From Candidatus Kapaibacterium sp. (GTDB lineage: Bacteria > Bacteroidota > Ignavibacteria > Kapaibacteriales > UBA7675), in the NCBI GenBank assembly GCA_028284775.1, contig JANQRB010000154.1, forward strand, positions 39,785 to 103,784: 64,000 bases of DNA, written 5' to 3'. Below the pieces are notes generated by a model, which worked only from the letters and a program-made list of their open reading frames with translations, did not search any database and was not told the DNA's origin. The position numbers were made by a program, and so were the translations under genes. The first letter of the stretch is position 1. The number at the start of each line of letters is the position of its first letter. Below are positions 20,061 to 28,527 of the stretch, one piece after another.

Positions 20061-21620
20061 TCAGACGATGGCGCGATTTGTCGACTCTTTGCTCGGCTGC
20101 AACTGACTTAAGCGGGCGAGTACCAGCTTCCACAGCACCTCAAAAGGGATCACTTCGGTGACTTCAAGCACATTGCGAAAATCGGTCTGTGGAGCAACAA
20201 GTCGCGTGTAATACGGCCGTGCCCTGGCTTCCGTTTTGCTGTAATCGAAGTCTTTTTCAATCATAATCCTCAGCATACGCAGGAAGCAATTCGTTCGGTA
20301 GTATTCTTCTTTGCGTAGATAGCGGCTTGTGTACTGTCGAATAGTTTCGGCGCGGTCCAGAATGCCGTTCAGATCATTGTTGTCAAGTAAAAACAGGATG
20401 TGAACAATGAGGATGGGAACATAGAATCCACTTTTGTCCTTGCTGAAAATCGGTACTTCATTGAGGAATTTGTACAAGTAAAAACGCCGACCGAAGGCTG
20501 TCAGTTTCTCGGAAATCTGTTCATCCGGATGATTGGTCAGAATGTAGCGGAGGTATGCTTCCAGTATTTTCCAGCGTTCGATGGTCTGAGGGTTGGCGTA
20601 TTCAAAGCGGCGGTGGCTTACGATCGTCGTAAAGATCTCGACAGCTTTGTGGTAGTTGTCGGTGTGCATCGAGAGCAGAAAGTAATACTCCTGGAAGAGA
20701 AACCAATTCGGCTGACCGACAACAAAATGATGAAGCCACTCATCAGCAAAGACGCGACCGTTGTCATAATCCCGCAGGTAGGTGTAGCTGACAAGTTTCC
20801 AGATAGCATTTTCGGCCAGGCGCGCTTTGTTGTAAAAATGCGGATGTTTCAGAAAATATGCTTCCTGTTCGTTGCACACTTCAAGCACACCTTCATAGTC
20901 CCGCGCAAGCTGCTTCAGAAGTGCTTTAACTCTGAAGTAGGTGAAATTCAACAGCCTGGTCTTGAACGTACTTCTCAGGCTGTCGATTTCCTTGCAATAT
21001 GTTTCCACCAGTGCCAGGAGCTCCGGTTTGTATGATTTAGACTTAGAGTATTCCAGAGCGATGAAATCGTAAAGGCCTTCGGCCTTCGTTTCCGCTTCCA
21101 ATGTTAATAATGCCTCCTGCAGCAAGCTCGAAGACTGTTCGAACTCAGTTCGGTCGCCGCTGAGACTGTAGTGCCGACGCGCCAGCCGGGCGCACTGAAA
21201 GACAACATCTGTTAGATCAAACTTTTGCGCTTTGACTAGAGTGCGCTTGATCAGGGAGATTGCGCTCATTCGCGCACCGAGCGCCACGAGCAGTCTTGCA
21301 CAGACAACGTTGCGGCCGCATTGGTGCATCGCTTCCGTTACGGCGCCGAACTTAGGCTGGCGAATTTCAACCGACATTAGCGACTGCAGCAGGATTTCCT
21401 TAAACCGTGATTTCAGAACAGCATAGCGATTGTCGGGAACTTCGCTCTGATAGATATGGCGAGCCGCGGCGCGATCATTGCTAAATCTGCCGGATGTAAT
21501 GCCGTCGTAGAGCTGTTCGAAGTTGGTGGATTCGTTTCCGCGACCTTGATTTTCGAATAGTCGTGACTTTTTGACCCCAACCCATGTAAGAATTTGGATC
21601 ATCTCACGTAATCTTCTCAT
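20061..21620 (-). CDS. Hypothetical all-alpha (TPR-like) protein, 519 aa, no recognisable catalytic or DNA-binding motif
   Basis: A long uninterrupted ORF with a good codon pattern. Its GC is lower than its neighbours. It sits immediately next to the AT-rich non-coding island. Confidence 0.55.
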   Translation of the reverse strand: MRRLREMIQILTWVGVKKSRLFENQGRGNESTNFEQLYDGITSGRFSNDRAAARHIYQSEVPDNRYAVLKSRFKEILLQSLMSVEIRQPKFGAVTEAMHQCGRNVVCARLLVALGARMSAISLIKRTLVKAQKFDLTDVVFQCARLARRHYSLSGDRTEFEQSSSLLQEALLTLEAETKAEGLYDFIALEYSKSKSYKPELLALVETYCKEIDSLRSTFKTRLLNFTYFRVKALLKQLARDYEGVLEVCNEQEAYFLKHPHFYNKARLAENAIWKLVSYTYLRDYDNGRVFADEWLHHFVVGQPNWFLFQEYYFLLSMHTDNYHKAVEIFTTIVSHRRFEYANPQTIERWKILEAYLRYILTNHPDEQISEKLTAFGRRFYLYKFLNEVPIFSKDKSGFYVPILIVHILFLLDNNDLNGILDRAETIRQYTSRYLRKEEYYRTNCFLRMLRIMIEKDFDYSKTEARARPYYTRLVAPQTDFRNVLEVTEVIPFEVLWKLVLARLSQLQPSKESTNRAIV

Positions 21621-22083
21621 AGGGTAAATCCAGCTTTTCAGAGATAATCAGTGATTCTTGAAGTAGTGCCGAGTAATTATGGCAATGATATATGCGAAAT
21701 AATTCGTGAAAATCTGATACGGTTTAAGCGCAAATAATACAATAGATTGTATTCAATGACAACTAAAAAGTAGTCGATTGTGTTTCATTTAGGGCAGCTA
21801 TTTAGAGATGGCAATCATGCAAACCACGTTTAGTCATATAAAGCGAATTGAGTTAAAATTTTTTATTGCATCTATGTAATAATTTGAGCATTTTCAGCAC
21901 AAGTATTGACAAGAAATCGCTGATAAGAGCCAGAGATCTTTGAAAATTGAAGCGCCGCTATTCAGAAAGCTGATAAAACTAATGTAATAATCAGTGTAAA
22001 TCTGATACGACAACTCGCATAACAAAAGGCTACATTGTTGGCAGATATCCTGAGTGTCGTATTATAAGCTGTCGAGGCGTACT

Positions 22084-22290
22084 ATGGAAATTGTTGTAGC
22101 AATTCTGATATATATCGCAGTGATTGTAAGTCCCGGAGAGTATCTGCAGCAAGAAATTGATATGTTCATCGATCAGCATCAGGTTGAAATCGATCACATT
22201 CAACAGGATCCCGCGCAAATGGATGTGGTGCACAATGAATTTCTTCCGCAAGTTGAATTTGTAATAATTGATGCAGATCAGGAATATTGA
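22084..22290 (+). CDS. Possible small membrane protein (68 aa): one N-terminal TM helix + acidic tail; weak call
   Basis: The translation is MEIVVAILIYIAVIVSPGEY...QEIDMFIDQHQVEIDH... A GAGG lies 8 nt upstream of the ATG. It sits inside the AT-rich island and an antisense ORF overlaps it, so coding status is uncertain. Confidence 0.2.
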   Translation: MEIVVAILIYIAVIVSPGEYLQQEIDMFIDQHQVEIDHIQQDPAQMDVVHNEFLPQVEFVIIDADQEY

Positions 22291-22353
22291 AGAGTTATTG
22301 ACCAACAAAAGTTCGTTCAACTTCTCTTATCGGCGATAGTTGAAAGCAAATTG

Positions 22354-22690
22354 CCAGAATACGACTGTGATAGCGGCGCCTACGTCAATTGCCACTGTAA
22401 TTCGTTCGAAAGCGAGTTGCAATAACGTAGGCGTTCTATCGATTTTTTTTGAAAATCTGAAAAGTGCCAAAATACGACTTGGATAGTGCTGTCTGTCTGA
22501 TCACTACTCTGAAATCCGGTCACCTCTTACTGTTAGATGGAGGCACTATCGTTTTTTTCGTGGTGAACGATAGAATTACGTTAGAATTAGAAGCGAAAAT
22601 ACGACTTGGATAGTGCTGTCTAACGCCTTGTCACTACTGTAGTCCCTAACCACCGGGCTATGTTCGGCGATAGACAGTCTATCTTTTTTA
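22354..22690 (+). repeat. Array of three tandem ~95-nt homologous structured units (candidate sRNA genes): conserved 5' box, variable core, long-range closing stem, U-tract
   Basis: The units are U1 22354-22450, U2 22467-22558 and U3 22594-22690. The 5' boxes are CCAGAATACGACTGTGATAGCGGCGCC, CCAAAATACGACTTGGATAGTGCTGTCT and CGAAAATACGACTTGGATAGTGCTGTCT. The 3' arms (ACGTAGGCGTTCTATC, GCACTATC, AGACAGTCTATC) are complementary to the GATAG... part of the 5' box. Each unit ends in T6-T8. Confidence 0.6.
22467..22558 (+). ncRNA. Best-defined unit (U2) of the tandem array: 8-bp closing stem GATAGTGC(22482-22489)/GCACTATC(22543-22550) + U7
   Basis: The helix is a perfect complement and is followed directly by GTTTTTTT. 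The fold is terminator-like and encloses a ~53-nt variable core. Confidence 0.35.
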
Positions 22691-23614
22691 ATATACCCCT
22701 AAAATCAACTTTCACAAAAAAAAGTTGCGAACGGGTATTTTGAACTTCCAATACTCGTCATCAGCGGACTGGTGCAGATTGTTATCTTCTCTAAGCTGAA
22801 CTTCGAAGCGGAATTTTGGTGGACTTTTGCCTCCACGCACTGCAAATCTGTTACCGTCGTTATGTTGACGCCAAGATTTCTCTCGTAAAGAGAGCTATCC
22901 GCATCTCGGATGCTCTGAATACCGGTAGCCTCTCAGACTAGAGTGGTTGTGTCCGCCAGTTGCATTTTCGCAAATACCTTGGCAACTATTTCTGAATCCA
23001 CGACTCGTGTGTGCCCGACTCGTGTGTGCCTGATTACTCCATCGGATTTCCGTCAATGCTTGCCGTCCGGAGCTATTTCTGAAGGGGAGGTTCCCGGGCA
23101 AAGATGCCAACCGGACATTTGGGACAATGTCGGTTTTGATAGAGAAATAGTAAGGTCATTAAGCTGATTGATTCGTCGTGGCGGGCACCGTCCTGTTATC
23201 GTTCCGACCGGTTTGCCGGTTGTGGAAGCTTTTGCACGAAATGTTACCGACCGGCACAAATTGTACTTGTTTTTCAGGCGGCAGTTTTGTTTTTTCGATG
23301 TGCGAGATTGGATGGGATGTTGACCGCAAACAAATTTAGATCAGCGACACCGTAAAGCCGCTAAGCTTTAGTAAAGCAATAGTTGTTGGTACCATAGATA
23401 TTGTTGTGCCACATTTGATTTCGGAGGGTAGCCGTCGATTTGGATGACGTGCTTGTAAGAGGTGCCGAGTGATAGAGAAACCGTTTCCAAGCCACCAACA
23501 GTAGATTCTGAATCCAAACTACTGGGTGTTGTATCACTTCCCTTGAAAAAGCGGAGTTACAAAAAGAATATTCGCAACAGCTTGGCGTCTAAGAAAGTGT
23601 GTTTGCTCCTGATG

Positions 23615-23654
23615 GCGGTGCGTCAAATTTTTTTGGCGTGCCGCTCTTTTTTTA
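23615..23654 (+). terminator. Orphan terminator-like hairpin (GCGGTGCGTC...GGCGTGCCGC + TCTTTTTTT) with no annotated gene upstream
   Basis: A 10-bp stem with three G-U pairs and an A3T7 loop, followed by a T-run. It lies inside the non-coding island. Confidence 0.3.
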
Positions 23655-23855
23655 ACTGCTGAATTACCACCTTTGAGCATCGATTAGCGTCTTACGACTC
23701 TCTTGAATTTTTTGTATCTTGGCGGTTTTTTCAACTAAAGCTCTTGCCATTTTTCCTTGGCATGATTCCGGGTGTTTGATGGTGTTTTTAAGACAGGCAA
23801 TGCCACAATCGAGCTTTGACAAGGTGTCCTCAAAATAGGAGTGTCGGCTGGATGT

Positions 23856-24905
23856 ATGTTTGAGATGATTCGCTTTCAGAACCCTGAGTATTTCTATGCT
23901 CTTGCCGCATTGCCCGGTATTGCAGTATTGTACGTCCTTGCGTCGCTCTGGCGCAAACGGGCTTTAAGTCGTTTTGGCGACCTTGCATTGCTGAGTAAGC
24001 TGCTTCCTGATGTCTCGCGCTGGCGGCCCATCCTAAAACTGGCTCTTGCTCTCAGTGCCACCTTGTTGCTGGTTCTGGGAATTGTCAACCCTCAGATCGG
24101 CACCAAACTTGAGGAAGTAAAACGCGAAGGTGTTGATATCATCATTGCGCTCGATGTTTCGAACAGTATGCGGGCCGAGGATATTACGCCCGAACGATTG
24201 CAGCGCGCGAAGGGTGCCATAGCCCGCCTGATCGATCGTCTGCGCAACGATCGTATCGGCTTGATTGTTTTCGCCGGTGAGGCCTTTGTCATGCTACCAT
24301 TGACCGCCGACTATGCCGCCGCCAAGCTCTTCCTTTCTTCCGTGGACACTGACATCGTTTCCAAGCAGGGGACGGCAATTGGCGCTTCGATAAAACTGGC
24401 GCGAGATGCATTTGAGTCGGAAGAGACTAAATTCAAGGCACTAATTATTATTACCGACGGTGAAAATCATGAAGACGATGCAGTCTCCGAAGCGGCGGAG
24501 GCTCATAAAGAAGGTGTCGTCATTCACGCTATTGGAATGGGTTCACCCGAAGGCGTGCCGATCCCACTCTACCTCAATGGCTCGCGGCGCGGATACCGCA
24601 AAGATCGCCAGGGCAACGTTATTGTAACGAAACTAAACGAAGCAATCCTGCGTCAGATTGCGGGCGCTGCTAATGGTACCTACGTGCGGGCAAGCAGCTC
24701 AGACGCCGGTCTCGACACAATACTTGACAAAATCAACACCATGGAGAAAAAGGAATTCGGCACGCGCGAATATTCTGATTTCGAAGACCGCTTCCAATGG
24801 TTTTTGATGGCTGCCTTCATTCTGTTGTTGCTGGAATTCCTGATAAGCCAACGCCGCAGCAAGTGGCTGGATGGTGTGACTCTCTTTAAAGGAGATGCGC
24901 AATGA
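23856..24905 (+). CDS. batA: BatA/BatB-like von Willebrand factor A (vWA) domain protein, aerotolerance-operon type
   Basis: MFEMIRFQNPEYFYALAALPGIAVLYVLASLWRKR is a BatA-type N-terminal TM region. The vWA MIDAS motif is DVSNSM, followed by ...IIITDGENHEDD... Confidence 0.8.
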   Translation: MFEMIRFQNPEYFYALAALPGIAVLYVLASLWRKRALSRFGDLALLSKLLPDVSRWRPILKLALALSATLLLVLGIVNPQIGTKLEEVKREGVDIIIALDVSNSMRAEDITPERLQRAKGAIARLIDRLRNDRIGLIVFAGEAFVMLPLTADYAAAKLFLSSVDTDIVSKQGTAIGASIKLARDAFESEETKFKALIIITDGENHEDDAVSEAAEAHKEGVVIHAIGMGSPEGVPIPLYLNGSRRGYRKDRQGNVIVTKLNEAILRQIAGAANGTYVRASSSDAGLDTILDKINTMEKKEFGTREYSDFEDRFQWFLMAAFILLLLEFLISQRRSKWLDGVTLFKGDAQ

Positions 24906-25906
24906 AAGTTTGTACGCTAATCTTCCTGCTTGCCTGCTGCCTTTGCATTCCCTTGTTCGCTCAAAGCGAACGACAGCTTGTTAGGGAGGGGAATGCCTTG
25001 TACCTGGAGGGCGAGTTCGACAAGGCTGAAGATAATTATCGTCAGTCACTTGAGACTGACGAACCATTGCCTGAGTCCGATTTTAATCTCGGCAATGCTC
25101 TCTACAAGCAGGAAAAGTACGATGAAGCAGCTAATTTCTATCGTTCGATGGCTTCGCGACAGGACATCGATGCCGCTACAGCGTCCAAAGCCTGGTATAA
25201 TCTCGGTAATGTTTTATTGCAAACCGAAAAGTATCGCGAAAGCGTCGAAGCATTCAGGCAGGCGCTGCGTCGCGTTCCAGGCGACCGTGATGCTAAATAC
25301 AATCTATCGTATGCGCTGAAAAAGCTCCGCGAGCAAGAGCAGAACCAAGACCAGCAGAACCAGGATCAGCAGAACCAGGACCAGCAGAACCAGGACCAGC
25401 AGAACCAGGACCAGCAGAACCAGGACCAGCAGAACCAGGACCAGCAGAACCAGGATCAGCAGAACCAGGATCAGCAGAACCAGGATCAGCAGAACCAGGA
25501 TCAGCAGAACCAGGACCAGCAGAACCAGGATCAGCAGAACCAGGACCAGCAAAACCAGGATCAGCAGAACCAGGATCAGCAGAACCAGGATCAGCAGAAC
25601 CAGGACCAGCAAAATCAAGGTCAACAAAACCAGGACCAACAAAGCCAGGATCAACAGCAGGCGGAGCAAAAAGATCAACAGCAGGCTGATGAGCAGCAGG
25701 CAGGCCAACAGGCTGAAGATCAGAGCAAAGCTCAGGATGAAACGGATCCGACTGAAAACCAGGCTCGGGCGGGCCAGCAGGCGATTACGATTTCAAAGCA
25801 GGATGCCTTACGCCTGTTACAGGCATTGTTAAATGATGAACAGGCTCTGCAGCAGCAAATGCGCAAGCGATTGGGGACCGGTGGCAAGGTGGAGAAAGAC
25901 TGGTAA
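24902..25906 (+). CDS. BatC-like secreted TPR protein with an internal (QNQDQ)~21 low-complexity linker
   Basis: The start overlaps the upstream stop (ATGA). There is a signal peptide, then TPR motifs (GNALYLEGEFDKAEDNYRQSLE..., AWYNLGNVLLQTEKYRESVEAFRQAL). The Q/N/D repeat is encoded by a 15-bp tandem array. Confidence 0.8.
   Translation: MKVCTLIFLLACCLCIPLFAQSERQLVREGNALYLEGEFDKAEDNYRQSLETDEPLPESDFNLGNALYKQEKYDEAANFYRSMASRQDIDAATASKAWYNLGNVLLQTEKYRESVEAFRQALRRVPGDRDAKYNLSYALKKLREQEQNQDQQNQDQQNQDQQNQDQQNQDQQNQDQQNQDQQNQDQQNQDQQNQDQQNQDQQNQDQQNQDQQNQDQQNQDQQNQDQQNQDQQNQDQQNQGQQNQDQQSQDQQQAEQKDQQQADEQQAGQQAEDQSKAQDETDPTENQARAGQQAITISKQDALRLLQALLNDEQALQQQMRKRLGTGGKVEKDW
25339..25655 (+). repeat. 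Tandem 15-bp repeat CAGAACCAGGAYCAG x ~21 (encodes QNQDQ) inside the BatC-like gene
   Basis: Near-perfect copies differ only at a C/T wobble position. They degenerate at the 3' end (CAAAATCAAGGTCAACAAAACCAG...). The antisense frame gives a spurious poly-Leu ORF at 25304-25708. Confidence 0.9.
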
Positions 25907-25921
25907 AGGAAAGGAGTAGCT

Positions 25922-27748
25922 ATGTACAGACATTTGGCGGCTAACGCCGTTTTATTGTTCGTCGGTCTGATAATGCTTGTGCCCGGGATCGGGCTCCGGA
26001 ATCTTGATGCTCAGACTCTTAGCGCCAGCGTGGATCGCAATACGCTCGCTGCAGGAGAACGGCTAAGCGTTACATTCGAGATAAAAGGCGGGAGCGGTCG
26101 CAAATTCAAGGCACCGCCCTTTGAGGGATTTAACCTCTTGTCGGGCCCCAACCAGTCGTCTAACGTTACGATGATTAATGGTCAGGTTTCACAGACTATT
26201 AGTTATTCCTACGTATTACAGGCAACTCAGCAGGGCAAGTATACAATCAAGCCGGCTTCTGTCGAGATAAATGGCAAAACGTTTCGTTCCAAAGCCATTA
26301 GTGTCACGGTTAAAAAGGCATCGGCAAAGTCTTCGCAAGGTCAGAATGCGCAGCAATCAATGGACCTGAGCGAGCATATTTTCCTGCGCGTCAGGGCAGA
26401 CAAGCGCAAGGTATACCAGGGCGAGCAGATTGTAGTTTCCTATAAACTTTATACTCGATTTGAGCAATTTGCCGATTACGATATCAAACAACCGGACCTT
26501 AGCGGCTTTTGGGTACAGGAAATCGATAAAGACGATAACAAGGCGCAAATTGAAGTTCTTAATGGCGTCCGTTACCTTGTTCACACTCTTAAACATGCGG
26601 TACTGTTCCCGCAACGCAGCGGGGAACTGCAACTCGATCCGCTGGAATTCGAGTGTGTGGTGCGCGTACGTGCCCAGCAGAAGCGCCGCAGGCGGCGCAG
26701 TCTATTCGACGACTTTTTCGGCGAGAGTTATCAGAATGTTAAACACACGGCACGCAGCAAGGCAGTGAAGATTACTGTGCTGCCGCTCCCGGCCGCTGGC
26801 AAACCCGCCGATTTCAGTGGTGCGGTCGGCAAATTTACCCTCGCATCTTCTATCAGCAGCCAGGAAACAGCGGTCAATGAAGCCGTAACGTTCAAAATGA
26901 CAATCGCGGGCGATGGCAATATCAAGCTGCTCAATCGACCCGCTCCCTTTTTTCCCTCGGCCTTTGAGGGCTATGATCCCAAGACGAGCGAAAACATCAA
27001 AGTCTCAGCGAAAGGTGTCAGTGGCCGGCGCAGCTTCGAATATCTGCTTATTCCGCGCACTCCGGGCGAATACAAGATAGCCCCCGTGTCCTTTTCCTAT
27101 TTCGATCCCAAAAGCGAATCTTACATCAGCTTGCAGACAGATGAATATCTCATTCAGGTCGCGAAGGGAACAGGCGCCGGCGGCGCAGCAGTGGCGACGG
27201 GTATCAGCAGGGAAGACGTCGAAATCCTGAGCCGGGATATCAGTTTTATCAAAACCACATTGCCGGCTTTTCGGCGCCGGGAAGAGAGCTTTTATCAGTC
27301 TCCTCTTACTTATTCACTCCTTGCTGCGCCCCTATTCTTGTTTATAGGCTTCGTTTTCTACCTGCGGCGCAGCAATGAACTGCGTGGTAATGAGCTGCTT
27401 TCGCGCAACCGCAAAGCGACCAAACTTGCCCGCGGCAGACTGGCGCAGGCAAAGAAAGCTATGAGTGATGGTCGGCACGAAGTTTTTTATGATGAGGTCT
27501 CCAAAGCGCTTTGGGGATACTTGAGCGACAAATTATCAATTCCGCTTGCCGAATTAAACAAGGATAATGTAACAGCCGTCCTGCAGAGCCGCGCGGCGCA
27601 CGAAGAGACAATCGAACGATATCTCAGCACGCTCGATCATTGCGAATTCGCCCGTTTTGCGCCCGGCAGTCAGGCGGATCAGGACATGCAGCGGGTTTAC
27701 CAGTATGCCGTGGAGTTGTTGACGCAGATGGAGGAAGCACTGAAATGA
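25922..27748 (+). CDS. batD: BatD family protein (oxygen-tolerance operon)
   Basis: The protein is 608 aa with a signal peptide, a BatD-type N-terminal beta-rich region (LSASVDRNTLAAGERLSVTFEIKGG...) and a C-terminal TM helix (LLAAPLFLFIGFVFYL) followed by a basic stretch. Confidence 0.8.
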   Translation: MYRHLAANAVLLFVGLIMLVPGIGLRNLDAQTLSASVDRNTLAAGERLSVTFEIKGGSGRKFKAPPFEGFNLLSGPNQSSNVTMINGQVSQTISYSYVLQATQQGKYTIKPASVEINGKTFRSKAISVTVKKASAKSSQGQNAQQSMDLSEHIFLRVRADKRKVYQGEQIVVSYKLYTRFEQFADYDIKQPDLSGFWVQEIDKDDNKAQIEVLNGVRYLVHTLKHAVLFPQRSGELQLDPLEFECVVRVRAQQKRRRRRSLFDDFFGESYQNVKHTARSKAVKITVLPLPAAGKPADFSGAVGKFTLASSISSQETAVNEAVTFKMTIAGDGNIKLLNRPAPFFPSAFEGYDPKTSENIKVSAKGVSGRRSFEYLLIPRTPGEYKIAPVSFSYFDPKSESYISLQTDEYLIQVAKGTGAGGAAVATGISREDVEILSRDISFIKTTLPAFRRREESFYQSPLTYSLLAAPLFLFIGFVFYLRRSNELRGNELLSRNRKATKLARGRLAQAKKAMSDGRHEVFYDEVSKALWGYLSDKLSIPLAELNKDNVTAVLQSRAAHEETIERYLSTLDHCEFARFAPGSQADQDMQRVYQYAVELLTQMEEALK

Positions 27749-28524
27749 GCCGATTTTGGTGGGGCGGATCGTTGTGTATCCTGGTTCCCTTTCTGATAGT
27801 CGGTCTTGTCATACCGGCTTTCGCCGAGCTTGAGTCGCAACTCTTCGAACAGGCCAACGAATTGTATCGCACCGGTGAGTTTGAGCAGGCGGCCGAACAC
27901 TATGAAAAGATTGTGACGGCGGGGTTTAGCGCCTCTGAATTGTTTTACAATCTCGGTAATACTTATTACAAACTCGGCAACATCCCGGCAGCCATACTTA
28001 ACTTTGAACGTGCCCGGAAACTAGCACCAAACGACCAGGATGTTCAACACAATCTTCAGCTGGCTCGAACCCTTATTGTCGATCAAATCGACGCGCTGCC
28101 GGAGTTTTTTCTCTCTCAATGGTGGCGCAGCCTGATTGAGCTTGCTCCTTCAACGACCTGGGCCGGCCTTGCGATAGCTTTGTTCTGGTGCTGCATCATA
28201 TTCTTTGCATTTATGATGGCGCTGCGCAAGGCAGCGGCACGAAAAGGATTTTTCATGCTTGGCGCCCTCAGCTTCGTCCTGTCTCTGCTTGTTTTCTTTA
28301 TTGCATTTCAGCAGAATGAGGCCGAAACGAATAGTCAGCATGCCATTATTTTTCAGCCCAGTGTCTATGTTAAAAGTGAACCCGATGCCCAGAGCACCGA
28401 TTTGTTTATTCTCCACGAAGGTACACGCGTTGAGCTCGGCTCCGACAATGGTGAGTGGCGACGCATCACAATCGCCAGTGGCGAGAGCGGCTGGATCCCG
28501 GCCGACGCACTGAGAGAGATCTAG
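27745..28524 (+). CDS. BatE-like TPR + C-terminal SH3b domain membrane protein
   Basis: The ATG at 27745 overlaps the batD stop. A TM helix is followed by TPR repeats (ANELYRTGEFEQAAEHYEKIV, YNLGNTYYKLGNIPAAILNFERARKL), further TM segments and a C-terminal SH3-like ...GEWRRITIASGESGWIPADAL. Confidence 0.7.
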   Translation: MSRFWWGGSLCILVPFLIVGLVIPAFAELESQLFEQANELYRTGEFEQAAEHYEKIVTAGFSASELFYNLGNTYYKLGNIPAAILNFERARKLAPNDQDVQHNLQLARTLIVDQIDALPEFFLSQWWRSLIELAPSTTWAGLAIALFWCCIIFFAFMMALRKAAARKGFFMLGALSFVLSLLVFFIAFQQNEAETNSQHAIIFQPSVYVKSEPDAQSTDLFILHEGTRVELGSDNGEWRRITIASGESGWIPADALREI

Positions 28525-28527
28525 TGT

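Noticed and set aside
20400-21035. 211-aa plus-strand ORF
   Set aside because: It is antisense inside the 519-aa hypothetical gene, which has the longer, cleaner frame.
22354-22690. Possible CRISPR array or T7-like promoter repeats
   Set aside because: The conserved box is 28 nt, but unit spacing (~113-127 nt) and variable cores of 50-60 nt that end in a closing stem and U-tract do not fit CRISPR repeat/spacer geometry. No cas genes are present. The AATACGACT core matches the T7 class III promoter over only 9 nt and lacks the CACTATAG initiation region, so the match is likely coincidental.
23462-23662. 66-aa ORF in the non-coding island
   Set aside because: It has no RBS and a low-complexity basic composition. 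It ends within the terminator-like hairpin. It is more likely part of a non-coding transcript.
25304-25708. 134-aa poly-Leu/Val ORF on the minus strand
   Set aside because: It is the antisense reading of the 15-bp (QNQDQ)n tandem repeat inside the BatC-like gene. It is a pure repeat artefact.
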